64,000 nucleotides of DNA from Alphaproteobacteria bacterium (GTDB lineage: Bacteria; Pseudomonadota; Alphaproteobacteria; MPNO01; UBA830): NCBI GenBank assembly GCA_964291215.2, contig OZ219790.1:1824001-1888000 (forward strand), written 5' to 3'. Shown here in pieces: positions 41,000-52,919 of the stretch (position 1 is the first letter of the stretch; every line of letters begins with the position of its first letter). The position numbers and the translations under genes were made by a program. The notes under the pieces are model-generated. The model had not been told where the DNA came from and ran no database searches. It saw nothing but the letters and a program-made list of their open reading frames with translations.

Positions 41000-41806
41000 C
41001 GTGATCCGCAGACAGCTTGGCAGCTTGGTCGAATCCGGCCACGCGGAAAGGACGCAAGCCGGGCGCAGCAACCTGATGAACCGCAAGGCGTCGCGAACGC
41101 CTGGCGTCATGAAGGGATCTCACCCTTTCGCGCAGTCACTCCTGGACCATGCTCGGATCGCTCGCCCCTGTACCCGACGGCCAACGGCAACGGATCCGAG
41201 ATGCTGGAATCCTCGCGCAGAAGGATCGCGCTGCGGCCCGTGCCGCAGTCTCCAAAGTCATCTCAGGTCGACACGCCGATGAGACCCTGAAAGTCGGCGG
41301 CGGCATCCAGCGCATCACGGAGCGCCGCGCAGCCGATGGAAAGCGTCTCTCCGTTGCGGACCGCAACCTGCTCAATGGCCGAAAGCAACAGCGTCGTGGC
41401 GTCATTGCCGTGCGCCCGATGGGCGGATGTTGGCGGCCCGCCGAAGGTGGCCTCCAACGCGGCCAACATCTTTGCGGCACTCCTGCCCGTCGCCTGATTG
41501 ATGTTCCCGCTCTCTCCCGGATCGGGGGCCGTGAAGTAGGGTCCTTCGCTCTCGGGCAGAGCAAGGAGTGCCCTCGTCAACGTGGCCGCGCCGCCGATCA
41601 CCTTGACGCCTTCGAGCGCCTTGAGCCTGGCCGCCTGGCTGATCAGGGACACGGTCTTTTTCGGAAAGAGCGAGAAGAACATGCCGCCGGGCTTGGCGGC
41701 AGCCAACCCGGCGAGAATTGCGGACATGTCGGTCTGGCCTTTCGCTATCCGGGCGATGACCGGAACGGCGCCACCAAACCTGCGAAACTCGCCAACAAAC
41801 GTTTCA
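41000..41806 (-). pseudogene. Branched-chain amino acid ABC substrate-binding protein, 3' remnant
   Basis: KGQTDMSAIL, AHGNDATTLLL, FQGLIG; 5' part cut by IS256. Confidence 0.7.
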
Positions 41807-42590
41807 GGATTACGCAACCTGATGTCTGGAAAGTGTCGTGAAGCTGATCGAGCTGTTCCCATTTGATCTTGGTTTCGGTTTCCCATTTTTCGTCGATGAG
41901 GACCGCGGTTGAGAGGCGCTCCAACGAGGCGAGGTTCGGAAAGACCCTGACTTTGGAGGTGCGCCGCTTGAGCTTTTGCTGGATCGGTCGCTCGATGCCG
42001 TTCGAGGTTCGCATACGTTTGCGGTGAGCATCGGGCAAGGTGAAGACAGCCAGCCCCGCATTGTTTTCCAGCCAGGAAGCCTGGATGCTTGTCGCGATAG
42101 CTGGCCACGAGGGCGCCCGGTTCAGCCTCGGCGGTTTGGAGTGAGGAGGCGTGGCTCCGAGCTGTTTTCCGACACGTTTCCTGATGTCGTTGTTCGGTGC
42201 ACGGCGTTTTGTGCCAGGTGGAACTGGCAGCGCTGCCACGTCGCCGCGCCCAGCACCGCGCGTCGTGCCGCTTTCAGCCCGGCATCCGAGACGATGAAGG
42301 CCGTACCATGCAGGGCTTGCAAGCTTTCCAGGAAGGCTCTCCAATGGACCTCGGCCTCGGAGAGCGCCACAGAGAGCCCCAGAACGTGCCTGCAGCCCCT
42401 ATTCCGATGGCCGAGAGCACTGCAACATCGCGCACAACGCCGTCATGGCGGGCTTTTTCATAGCGCGCATCCAGGATCAAGTATTTCATCAGGGGCCGGT
42501 TGCGCGGCGAGTTCTTCGTCGAGCAACCTGGTGGCCCGGCTGACCTGAGAAGAGGACAGGCTCCCGAACTCGCGCAACAAAACATCCGGT
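41807..42590 (-). mobile_element. IS256-family remnant, deletion-riddled, interrupted by IS66 copy D
   Basis: YLILDARYEK, WQRCQFH, RTSNGIER, RVFPN fragments; a related terminus-like sequence at 44163-44185. Confidence 0.9.
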
Positions 42591-44150
42591 GTAACTGCTC
42601 ACCCCCTGGTTCCGGCTTGATGTCGGGGTAGAGTAACGAACGGGTTTTCGTGGAGATTTGACACTGCATGCCGATTCGCTTAGTGGTGGTCATAGAGAAC
42701 GACGGGGACCGCCAGTGGGCTACTTTGGATCGAAGGCGACGAGCGGGCTGTGCCAGCTGCTTCCGGGGCTCCAGCCCCCGCATGATCTGTATGTGGAAAC
42801 GCATTTCGGAAGCGGCGCGCTGATGAAGCGCAAGGCCGGGTGATGGCGACGGTCAACGCGGCGTCGCTGCGCGAGGAGTTCGAAGCGGCCAAGATCGCGG
42901 CGCTGCGTGCGGCCGGCAAGGTGGCGGAAGAGGCCGTGATCCGCGTCTTCGTCATCCTGCTCGACATCCTCATCGTCGTCCTTCTGGAGAAGACTACGCG
43001 CAAAACGAGCCGGAACTCCGGTCTGCCGCCGTCACAGACGGACAAGAGCGTGCCGGAAGCAAGGGCCCGAAGCCGAACCGGCAGATGGGCGACAGCCTGC
43101 GCAAGACCATCGTCGAGGAAACGGTCGCGGCCTGCGACGCCTGCGGCGCCGACATCGACGGCCCCGTCGATCGGGAGCGCCGCGTCCTCTATGACATCGT
43201 GTTCGAGGTCGTCGAGGTGTTCGAGGTCGTCGAGCGCCGCGCCGAGATCAAGGAATGCCCGAAGTGCAAGGCCCGGGGCCGGTTCCCCGACAACATCCCG
43301 TGCAGTACGGCATCGGCATTCAGGCCCTCGTCATCAACCTGCTGGTCGCCCAAATGCTGTCCCTGCGCCGTCGCGTTCGTGCAGGCGATCTCCGGCATCA
43401 AGCTCTCCGAGGCCTCGGCTATGCTTTCACGATGCGTCATGGGAGAAGGCCGCCGTGGCGCACCTCCTGCAACGCCCGATGTCGACGATTTCGGATCAAC
43501 AGTAAGTGGCTCCATGTCGTGGGACCCTGACGTGTAAGTTCCCGCACCGCAAGCGCGGGCAAGAGATCGGCCCGTGCTACAAGGGCGTCCTGACTGCTGG
43601 GCCTCGTATATGGGCTATGACCAGTGTAGCCACCAGCTGTGCGGTAGCCACCTGCTGCGCGAACTGACCTTTGTCGTCGAGGCTACCGCGCGACTGATGA
43701 AGAGCCTGCTCCGCGAGGTCTGCCACAAGGTCAACAAGAGCGCATCCAGGACCCTGAACGACGCCGGGCGCAAGCGCTACCGCACCATCCTCACGCAGGG
43801 CGCCAGGGAACTGCCCGATATCCCGCCGAAAGGAAAACGTGGACGCAAGTCCGACGCGCACAACCTGCACGAACGTCTCGTGAAACACGAAAACCTGCGC
43901 TTCACAGACGACCCCAACGTCAGCTTCACCAACAATGCCGGAGAACAGAAGATCAGGATGGCAAAGGTCAAGGTGTCCGGATGCTTCCGCTCCACGCAAA
44001 AGCATGGTGCCGGAGCTCAAGCTACCTCACCTCCATGGCCGCACTCGGCTACAACCCACTCGTCGCCACCCAGATCGCCCTCGACGGAAAAGCCGCAGAC
44101 ATCATCAACGAGCACTATGAATCAGAACCCAACAAGGGGTGAGTAGATAC
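42591..44150 (+). mobile_element. IS66 family-1 copy D, 1560 bp (longest copy)
   Basis: Both termini present; left flank CATCCGGT, right flank CATC-CATCCGGT. Confidence 0.95.
42715..42843 (+). pseudogene. Dam/D12-class adenine methyltransferase remnant carried inside IS66 family-1 (all full copies)
   Basis: MGYFGSKATSGLCQ..PPHDLYVETH(L/F)GxGALMKRK; TGA overlaps the transposase ATG. Confidence 0.75.
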
Positions 44151-44230
44151 CATCCATCCGGTACTGTAACTTGATGTCTGGAAATTTGTCTGAGGTTTGC
44201 GCTTTGAGGCGTTTCACTGGGGGGGGGCTA

Positions 44231-45419
44231 GTAGTCCACCGGCATTGTATTGATGGTTTTTTATGGGTAGTATTCCTGTGTCGGCATCCGTTGGAATCCG
44301 GACAGTGTCGATATCCACACGGGCAAGATGCCGAACAGGCAGGCAGCCCCATGTGCAGGTCCGGACAACGGGAGCGGCGCAATCACAGGAGCAGCGTATA
44401 TGGCCAACTCTCGGGGCAGGAAGCTCTACCGCGTGACCCTTTCGGCGCAGGAGCGCCGGGATCTGAAGGCGATTGTCGACGGCACCGGGGCTGTCTGGCG
44501 CCGGGCACAGGTCCTGATGCTGAGGGGGCGCTTGTCGATGCCGACATTGCGCTGGGCACGGCGACGGTCGAGCGCTTGCGCAAGCGCTGCGGGGGCTGGA
44601 GGCCGCCCTCAGCCGCAAGGAGCAGGTGAACCGCCGGCCGAAACGGGGCGATGGAGGCGAAGCTGGTCGCCCTGCTCGTCCCCGCCCGAGGGCTGTGGAC
44701 GCTGCTCGCCGGCCGTCTGGTGGAGATCGTCGAGCGCATTTCGGAAGAGACGGTCAGGAAGACGCTAAAAAAAGATCAAGCCGTGGCTGAACTGGTGCAT
44801 TCCACCGCACCGGAGCGCACAGTTCGTGGCGGCGGACATGCCTGACATTTGTCAGCGGGACTTTGCCGGGGATGAGGTGCTGGTGTGCGAGGCCAGCCGG
44901 CAGCAGACGAAGGCCCCCCCCCCCCGTCCCCCGGTCAGCCGGAGGTGGTCGACTATGAATATGAGCGCAACGGTACGGCCAACCTCTTCATGGCCTTTGC
45001 GCCCAACGAGAACTGGCGCACGGTGAAAGTCACCGACCGCCGCGGGACTGGGCGCACTTCATCCGGGAGCTTGCCGACGACCATTTCCCCGACAGAAAGA
45101 TCGTGCTGGACAATCTGAACACGCACAGTCACTGTATGAAGCCTTCGAGCCCGAGGAGGCGGGTACGAAAGCGGTTCGAGTTTCGCTACACGCCGAAGCA
45201 CGGAAGCTGGCTCAACATGGCCGAGATCGAGATCGGTGCGCTGTCGCGGCAATGCCTTCGGCGACGCATTCCCGACCGCGACACCATGCTGCGGGAGACC
45301 GTGGCGTGGGTCGAGCGCCGCAATGCGGCCGATGTCACTGTCGACTGGCGTTTCACGACGAAGGATGCCCGGACGAAACTGAAGTCTCTATATCCGTCAA
45401 TACAATAATGCCAGACTAC
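44231..45419 (+). mobile_element. IS630-family element, degenerate
   Basis: c-TA|GTAGTC...GACTAC|TA-g; DYEYERNGT, LDNLNTH, TPKHGSWLNMAEIE; A7 slippery site near 44767. Confidence 0.92.
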
Positions 45420-45421
45420 TA

Positions 45422-45643
45422 GGTGATCAGAAACGCCGCACAGCAACACGTGTTCAGGCTTTGTTCTTCCTTGGCATGGTTTTACGAAGAAACCTGCCAA
45501 TGGGGTCTATTGCGGTTGCGGATCGTTACGGCAAAGAACTCGAGGAAGCGCGTCTCGGCCAGTGATCCGCTGCGCTGGATCAGTGCCGGGGTCGTAACGG
45601 CAAGCTCTCGGGCAGTACGCTCCGCCGGTAGGATCTCTGTCAT
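45422..45643 (-). pseudogene. Tyrosine recombinase N-terminal remnant
   Basis: MTEILP..PALIQRSG..RFLEFFAVTIRN; ATGA overlap with the antitoxin stop; cut by IS630. Confidence 0.65.
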
Positions 45644-45897
45644 GAGACGATCTCGTCACCTTCAGCGGGAGGCGTGTCGGACGCGCTGTGCAGAAACGCG
45701 ATTCCGCGTGCCGGATCCCCGCCGGCACCACGGCGATCGAAGAAGGCGGCCGCGTCCTGAGCGCCGATCTTTTCCGCGAGCGCCACTGAGATGAACTGGT
45801 TTAGAGACACGCCGTCACGTTCTGCGTAACGCTCAGCCGCCATCTTGAGCGACGCCGGCAGATTCAGCGAGACGCGGGCTTTGGTCGATTGGGTCAT
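45640..45897 (-). CDS. RHH/HicB-like antitoxin
   Basis: SLNLPASLK..AERDGVSLNQFISVALAEK. Confidence 0.85.
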   Translation of the reverse strand: MTQSTKARVSLNLPASLKMAAERYAERDGVSLNQFISVALAEKIGAQDAAAFFDRRGAGGDPARGIAFLHSASDTPPAEGDEIVS

Positions 45898-46316
45898 CCT
45901 CCGATCCTCCTAAGAGTTTCCGCAGGGGTGCAGACGCTAAAGCCGAACCGCGCCGCTGCGGGACGAAAATCTTTCTTGTTGAAGGTCGCAATGGCGTCAG
46001 CACGACCATTCGCGGCCGCCTCCAGCACCATCTCGTCCTTAGGGTCAAGGAGCTGCGGCCGCCACAGGAAGTTCAGCTCCACAGGTTCGATCGTCGCGGC
46101 GATATCGCTCAGGAAGGCCGCCAGCACAGGCCGCGTGTGGCCCGTTTCAAGCACGAACTCCGCGCGCATCAACACGTCCTCATACTCGACGAAGAGAGGC
46201 ACCGAGCAAAGCCAGACCGCATCGCCGCCGAGGACGCGAACAAGCAGCGCGTTGCTCGCGCCGTGTCGCGAGCGCAGCGCTGCAACGAGCACGTTCGTGT
46301 CGACCACAAGTTGCAT
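45894..46316 (-). CDS. PIN-family toxin
   Basis: VVDTNV, EYE, DPKDEMVLE, TFNKKDF. Confidence 0.9.
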   Translation of the reverse strand: MQLVVDTNVLVAALRSRHGASNALLVRVLGGDAVWLCSVPLFVEYEDVLMRAEFVLETGHTRPVLAAFLSDIAATIEPVELNFLWRPQLLDPKDEMVLEAAANGRADAIATFNKKDFRPAAARFGFSVCTPAETLRRIGG

Positions 46317-47175
46317 ACGTCATATATAGCGCAATGTTGCATATGACGCAATGCGATTCATCACGTCCTCACGACGATCCCACGCTGCTAATCCAGCGGC
46401 GACCGGCGAGATTTTTCGGTCTGCGTCGCGCTGCAATCGTGCCGCCAAGGCTCAATGAGACCTTCTCGGCATGAAAAATTGCGATCAAGGGGCGATCTGT
46501 GATGACGCGAGCCCCAACGCACTCGGATTTCGCGTCTCGGAATCAGCGTGGGATCGCCGTGTCACGTCCTGCAGGACTTTCCGACGCTGCATTCGATCTT
46601 GCCGACTGCTAATGAGGGAGGCTGCACAGGTCCAGCCATGCCGGGTTTCTGGCCGCGAGGCCGTCCACGGGTCGCCGCCGCCGGACAACCTGACAAGAAT
46701 GCGGAAATTTGTGTCCCGTTCAGCGGTCATTCAAAACATCAACCACAGCGTGGGAAAGTCCCGAGCTCGGCCTTGCTGACAACTCCTGCGACTGCGACTA
46801 TCGTGGTCATGCTCCCTTGCTCCTCTCCTTGTGATGATCGGGGTATCGCCCATGCATCCATCCAAGATCCAAGGGAACCAGACGGAGACGGGCTGTCCAA
46901 GCTTGCTCACGGCCTCAAGGCCAAGGGACTTGCAGGCCGACCCGTTTCCGCGAGACTTGCCCCGCATTCTCCCTTCTGTATGTGACGCAGGAGAGAGGAT
47001 AGTCCATGTAACTGTGCTCCTCGCGAAGCTCGTCGGGGCTCCAATTGTCCAAAGAGTTGTGCCGCTATTACAACTGTGAACAAGATTGAGCCCTTCGGGC
47101 TGGGGAGAGTTATACAAGGGGCTTGTTGGAATCCGGTGGCTGCCGGACCCCGCCCGGCCGCGGAGGATCGTTTCG

Positions 47176-47703
47176 ATGACAACTGCAACACGGACGATGC
47201 CCGGCGCGGCGACGCCCGACGATCTGTTCCGGCGTTTCGCCGAACTCGGGATCAAGACCGCCACCCACAACCATGCGCCGGTCTTTACCGTCGAGGAGAA
47301 CCGTGAGCTCCGCGGACAGCTTCCCGGGGCGCACTGCAAGACGCTGTTCCTCAAGGACAAGAAGGCTGCCTTGTGGCTCGTCGTCTGCGACGAGAGCAGG
47401 CGCCTGGATATGAAGACACTGGCGGACGTAATCGGATCAGCACGGCTGAGTTTCGCCCGGCCCGACCGGGTCAGGGAACATCTCGGCATCGAGCCTGGCG
47501 CCGTTACGCCGTTCGCGCTGATCAACGATGCGGGCGCCGCCATCAATGTCGTGCTGGACGCCAGCGTCATGGCCAAGGAACTCGCGAATTTCCATCCGCT
47601 GGTCAACGACCGGACGACGGCGATCCAGACGACGGACCTCTTCCGCTTCATCGAAGGCTGCGGACATACGCCGTGTGTGGTCGATTTCGCCGATGCGGCC
47701 TAA
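47176..47703 (+). CDS. ProX/YbaK aminoacyl-tRNA editing protein
   Basis: HAPVFTVEE, KTLFLKDKK, GAVTPF, HPLVND. Confidence 0.92.
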   Translation: MTTATRTMPGAATPDDLFRRFAELGIKTATHNHAPVFTVEENRELRGQLPGAHCKTLFLKDKKAALWLVVCDESRRLDMKTLADVIGSARLSFARPDRVREHLGIEPGAVTPFALINDAGAAINVVLDASVMAKELANFHPLVNDRTTAIQTTDLFRFIEGCGHTPCVVDFADAA

Positions 47704-47814
47704 CCTCCCGGGCAGCGACGAATGAAGCCGCCCGCGGGACTTGCCAGAAAGGCAGCAAGACGCCATCTTGAACGGTAGGGTGCGCACGGTTGCCCGCAGC
47801 ACGGAGTTTGAAGA

Positions 47815-48717
47815 ATGGAACCTCTTATCGGCGAAGGTGCCGATCTCATCAAGGACGTCACCGTGGAGTCGTTTCGGACCGATGTGCTAGAAGCCTCGAA
47901 GGAGGTGCCGGTGATCGTCGATTTCTGGGCCACTTGGTGCGGACCCTGCAAGCAGCTCACGCCGGTGCTCGAGAAGGCGGTGGTCGAGGCCAACGGCGCG
48001 GTGCAGCTGGCCAAGGTCGATATCGACGCCAACCAGACCATAGCTGCCCAGCTCGGCATTCAGTCGGTGCCGACGGTCTTCGGGTTCTTTCGCGGCCAAC
48101 CGGTCGACGCGTTCCAGGGCGCACTTCCCGAGAGCGAGGTTAAGGCCTTCGTCAAGAAACTCTGCGAGGCGGCCGGAACCGATGTGCAGGATCCCGTCGC
48201 CGACGCGATCGACCAAGCGCGGGAACGGCTTGCCGACGAGGACTATGGCGTGGCGGCGGAGATCTTCCGTCAGGTCGTCCAGCACGCACCCGACAATATG
48301 GATGCTCAGGCCGGGCTTGCGAGGGCGCTTGCAGCCCAAGGCGAAACCGATCAGGCCGAGGAGATCCTCGGCGGGATTCCCGGGGATCAAGCCAGCCATC
48401 CGGACGCGGCTACGGCGCGGGCAGCCGTGGACCTCGCGCGCCAGAGCGAATCCGTCGGCGACCTCGCCGCACTTGAAGCCGCCGCCGCCGCCGCTCCGCG
48501 CGAGCCGCAGGCGCGCTTCGACCTGGCGATCGGCCTGTTCGCCGCCGGACGGCGGAGCGAGGCCATAGACCAACTCGTCGAGGTTCTCAGGATCGACCGC
48601 AACTGGCAGGACGGGGCCGCACGCGAGCAGCTGATCCAGTTCTTCAGTGTCATGGGGCCGACCGACGAGGAGACGCTGGCCGGGCGCCGGAAGATGTCTT
48701 CGGTGCTGTTCTCATGA
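47815..48717 (+). CDS. cnoX: Thioredoxin-TPR chaperedoxin (YbbN/CnoX)
   Basis: WCGPC plus TPR, ending SSVLFS. Confidence 0.9.
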   Translation: MEPLIGEGADLIKDVTVESFRTDVLEASKEVPVIVDFWATWCGPCKQLTPVLEKAVVEANGAVQLAKVDIDANQTIAAQLGIQSVPTVFGFFRGQPVDAFQGALPESEVKAFVKKLCEAAGTDVQDPVADAIDQARERLADEDYGVAAEIFRQVVQHAPDNMDAQAGLARALAAQGETDQAEEILGGIPGDQASHPDAATARAAVDLARQSESVGDLAALEAAAAAAPREPQARFDLAIGLFAAGRRSEAIDQLVEVLRIDRNWQDGAAREQLIQFFSVMGPTDEETLAGRRKMSSVLFS

Positions 48718-48732
48718 CCGCGGATTGTTTCC

Positions 48733-49392
48733 GTGCCCCGCGCGTTTGATCCCACCTTCGAGGATCTGCCGTCGGAGATTCCGATCTTTCCCCTTACCGG
48801 CGTGCTGCTTCTGCCTGGTGCCACCCTGCCGCTGAACATATTCGAACCGCGCTATCTGAACATGACGGACGCCGCGCTTGCGGGCTCCCGAATGATCGGC
48901 ATGATTCAGCCGAGCGCCCCCAACACCGGGGACAATCCGGAACTCTACAGGACCGGCTGCGCCGGCCGCATCGTCGCGTTCAGCGAAACCGACGACGGCC
49001 GCTATCTGATCACACTTCATGGCCTGATCCGGTTCAACCTTGCCGAGAAACTGCCGCTTCGCGACGGTTTTCGCATCGTCAGGCCGGATTGGACACCTTA
49101 TCGCCACGATATCGACGAGGAGGAGACCGACGGCATCGACCGCGACCGCATTCTTCAGTCCCTGCATGCGTACTTCACGCAGAACAACGTAGATGCGAAC
49201 TGGCAGGCCATCAAAGAGGCGCCACTCGGACGCCTTGTCAACTCGCTGGCCATGATGATACCGTTCCAGCCTAGCGAGAAGCAGGCCTTCCTTGAGGCTA
49301 GGGCGCTGGCGGATCGCGCCGATATCCTCACCACTCTCCTCGAGATGGCCTTGGCGAGCACCGAGGATTACGAGAATCAGAAGAAGAACTGA
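48733..49392 (+). CDS. LON substrate-binding domain protein
   Basis: [16 protein letters not shown]. Confidence 0.92.
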   Translation: MPRAFDPTFEDLPSEIPIFPLTGVLLLPGATLPLNIFEPRYLNMTDAALAGSRMIGMIQPSAPNTGDNPELYRTGCAGRIVAFSETDDGRYLITLHGLIRFNLAEKLPLRDGFRIVRPDWTPYRHDIDEEETDGIDRDRILQSLHAYFTQNNVDANWQAIKEAPLGRLVNSLAMMIPFQPSEKQAFLEARALADRADILTTLLEMALASTEDYENQKKN

Positions 49393-49459
49393 CCTTTCCC
49401 AGCCTCGGGCGCTGCGCCCCGGTGCGGCAGAGGAGGAGAGATCCGGAGACTGCAGTACG

Positions 49460-49660
49460 ATGACACGGGACACCGCGGCCATAGACCCCAGACTTCTTGA
49501 GATCCTCGTCTGTCCGCTGACCAAGGGACCTCTCGTCTATGATGAGGCGGCGCAGGAATTGATCAGTCGACAGGCGGGCCTCGCCTACCCCGTGCGCGAC
49601 GGCATTCCGATCATGCTGATCGACGAGGCGCGTCAGCTTGATGACCCCGACGCGGGCTAG
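49460..49660 (+). CDS. Trm112-family protein
   Basis: [23 protein letters not shown]. Confidence 0.92.
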   Translation: MTRDTAAIDPRLLEILVCPLTKGPLVYDEAAQELISRQAGLAYPVRDGIPIMLIDEARQLDDPDAG

Positions 49661-49678
49661 GCGGCGAGACGAAACCCG

Positions 49679-50047
49679 TTGGCTGGCGAAGCGGTACCGC
49701 GTCCGACCGAAATCAAGGTCCGCCGTGCGGAGAAGACCCTCAACATCACCTTCGACGACGGCACGTCATGCGACCTGCCCGCCGAATTCCTGCGCGTCGA
49801 GAGCCCCTCGGCGGAGGTTCAGGGGCACGGACCCGGACAGAAGACCCTGGTCGCCGGCCGCCGCCATGTCGGCATTGCGGCCGTCGAGCCGGTGGGCAAC
49901 TACGCGATCCGGATCATCTTCGACGACCTGCATGACACCGGCATCTATTCGTGGCGGTATCTCCACCGGTTGTGCCGGCAGCAGAAGACGCTGTGGCAGC
50001 AATATCTCGCTGCGATGGGAGCTGCTGGGCTGAGCCGGGATCCCTGA
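49679..50047 (+). CDS. DUF971 / GBBH-N-like protein
   Basis: LRVESPSAEVQGHG, VGNYA, HDTGIYSW. Confidence 0.9.
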   Translation: MAGEAVPRPTEIKVRRAEKTLNITFDDGTSCDLPAEFLRVESPSAEVQGHGPGQKTLVAGRRHVGIAAVEPVGNYAIRIIFDDLHDTGIYSWRYLHRLCRQQKTLWQQYLAAMGAAGLSRDP

Positions 50048-50758
50048 GGGCTCGTCACGAAACAATCGCGTCTGTATTGGGTGTTCGCAAGAGTGAATAG
50101 TTCCACCCGCCTTGGAATTTTGCGCGCTTGATGTCGAGGGCCTTTATCTCGGCATCCTTGATTCCCTTCGGACAGGTGTTTTCGTCGACATCGCAATAGA
50201 CCTTGAGGCCGGCTTCGGTGGTGGTTGCTCTGATCAGGCTGGCGATGGCGGCGAGGCTGCGCAGCGGCTTGCCGCGCCAGTTCTGGCTGATGAACGAGAA
50301 CAGGCGATGTGCGGTTCCATTTGCTGGTGCCGGGCGGCAGACCATGATCTCGAGGCCGAGCTCCTTGGGCGAGTTTCTGCAGTTTGACCTTCCACAGCCG
50401 CACCCGGGCCCCGTTCGACCCGCCGCAGTCGGCGGTGATCAGTAGCCGCCTGGCCCCCGGGTAGCGCTCGCGCCCGAAGCGCCGCCACCGGCACCGGGGC
50501 TTTCCACCGCAAACGCCGCAGTGTCATGGCCGATGCGACATTGACCCGGCCGATGTTGTGGGCCACGTCATGGACCCCGTAGGGGGCCACCTTGCCGAAC
50601 TCCTTGTCCGCGAAGTCATGTACCTTCACCTCCTCGGGCCGTCTCTTCGGCCGCCACTCGCGGCCGACATTCTTGAAATCGCCAATCAGCTCCTTCTTCC
50701 TGGTCTTGAAATCGCCAATCAGCTCCTTCTTCCTGGTGTCGACCGAGATGACCGGGTC
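50048..50758 (-). mobile_element. ISAzo13 remnant 2, abutting the DUF971 stop codon and truncated by IS66 family-2
   Basis: Similar to 497-1140; internal 33-bp tandem duplication at 50671-50736. Confidence 0.88.
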
Positions 50759-52399
50759 GTAAGCGTTCGTTCGTGCGGTGATGACGATCTGCGCCGAAGT
50801 TCATTTCGGTGATTCGGAGAAGGGGGCTGGTGAATTTTTTTGGCGGTACTATCAGGTCGTGCATGGTCATGTGCATCGAGGATTTCGTGTCGTCATCGGG
50901 TGCGGACGCCGCTGGCGACGTGCCGCAGTCGTGATTCGGCCACCTGGAAGTCCCTGTACGATCGCGAGCGTATTCGAGCCGAAGCTGCGGAGGGTCGCTG
51001 TGAGGAGCTGCGCTTGCAGGAGGTGGAGGGGCCGCGCGAATTCCCTGAAGGCGATTTTCGAGAGCAATCGCGAGAAGCTGTCAGCTGCCCGTGCGGAGGT
51101 CAGGGAAGTTCGGCGGACGACGAAGCAGTCTCTTGCGCCGGAGCAGGAAGTTGCGCGTCCGAGCCAGTTTCTTGCCGAGGCCGGCGCGCGGAAGCGGTCG
51201 ACGGTGGTATCGCTGCGCATGGAGAATGCCAGCCTGAAGACCGCGATGAGGGTTCTGAAGGGTCGGGGCGGAGAACGACAAGCTTCGTTCGAACAGGTCG
51301 TACGGGCGCAAGAGCGAGAAGAGGCAGCGGGCGTCGTCGAAGCGCGGCCAGCAGTGCGACACATGGCCGCACGCCGCAGCCGGCGCTCGAGGAGGTGGAG
51401 GAGCGGCTGGAGGTGGCGGAGGACGCCTGCTCGTGCTGCGTTGCCAACGGTTCGTACCAGGATCATCGAGATCAAAAGCGGCGGATTGTCCGCCGGGGCT
51501 GTGACTGCCCCGGTTCACCGGTGGCGGCTGTTTCCCGGCACCGCATTCGGGTGTGGACGCATGAGCTGCACGAGCGCGTGCATGCGCGCCGCGTCGCCCG
51601 GCCAAGGGCTTTCGTCGGGAACGCTGGCCAGCGAGCCGGATGCTGCCCCTGTTCGAGCCGCTTCGGGACGCGATCCTCGCGCACCGGGGTCTGCGCCATG
51701 CCGATGCATCCGGGCCCCGAGGGAGGTCCGGAAGTCGCGCCTGGCTCCGGACATCGGTCAGCCGTGACGCGGTCCTCTCCCTCGCGCAGCGCCGAGGTCA
51801 CGGCGAAGCTGTTCGCGGACGCCCCCATGTCTGCGACCGCTACGGCGCCTGCAAGAAGCTGGCGCGCCTGTGGCCCTTCATCATCCTGTGCTGTTGCCGG
51901 GCGCATTGTTGGCGCGACTTTCCGGACTGCGCCGGCCGCAGCTGGAGGGGTGGGCGGACGAACGGGTCGATCGCGGAGATCTGCCGCCTGAACACGGCTC
52001 GACTGTCTTGATTCCGGCGGCGTTCGAGGCCGCGCAGGCGGCGCTGGAGACTGCGGTCGCTGTTTGCGGAAGCGCCGAGGCTTCCGAAAGCGGCGCCGGA
52101 AGGCAGGCCGCTGCGCTCAACCATCGCGTGTTCGTCGACCATGGACAACAATTTCGGGGAAAGGGCTGTCAGGGGCCCGGCCAACGGGCGGAAGCCCGGC
52201 TTCGGTTCCGACAGCATGGACGGCGATCATGTACACGGCACGGTCGCGAGGAGCGGCCTCGACGTTCTGCGCTGGCGCCTGCGCGGAGAACGGCGGCCCG
52301 GCGATCTGTCGCCCTGGTTGCCGTGAGCCCGGAGAGGCGGCGGAGATTCGCAGCGCCGCCGTGAGGTTGAGGGCGCGACTTCATGGTCGCAGAGATGCG

Positions 52400-52770
52400 G
52401 CTGCTGCGACGATCACGGAGCGAACCCCATCGCCCGCGCCTTCTGCCGCCGCCGGCCCCGAAACTGATCACACCGCCGCCCCGAAGACCCTCGACGAGCC
52501 CCGCCCGCTGACACTGCCTCGGCGCCTGGCGGCGCCGCAGATGCGCTACCATGCGGCGAGCCGCTGCTTCTCGACCGCCGCATGGACCGCGCGCTGCAAC
52601 ACCACGCCCGTGCCCTGCGAGACCCTAATCCCGCGCCGCGGCGTCTGCCGGATCCGCGTCGGAACAACCAGCGGCCGCCACGACCGACGTGACAGAAGCC
52701 GAAGAAGGACATCTGGCCCGCTCCGCAAGGACTGGAAGCGGACCCTCAGAACCCTGCAACCGGCATAGAA
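52400..52770 (+). pseudogene. DUF4338 (DruA-like) remnant
   Basis: WTARCNTTPVPCET, VGTT.GR, KPKKDIW, PLRKDWKRTL across frames. Confidence 0.6.
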
Positions 52771-52919
52771 TGGCGCTCAGCTCCTCCTCCGCAGCGCCGG
52801 GACAAAACCGCAACCAATGCGGAAAACACGGCATCGCGCCAGTGCCCCTCACCGCGCATCCCGGCGCACAAAACCGCTTCGGGTGACGCTGGAACTCCCT
52901 GACAAAAGCCCGTCAAACG

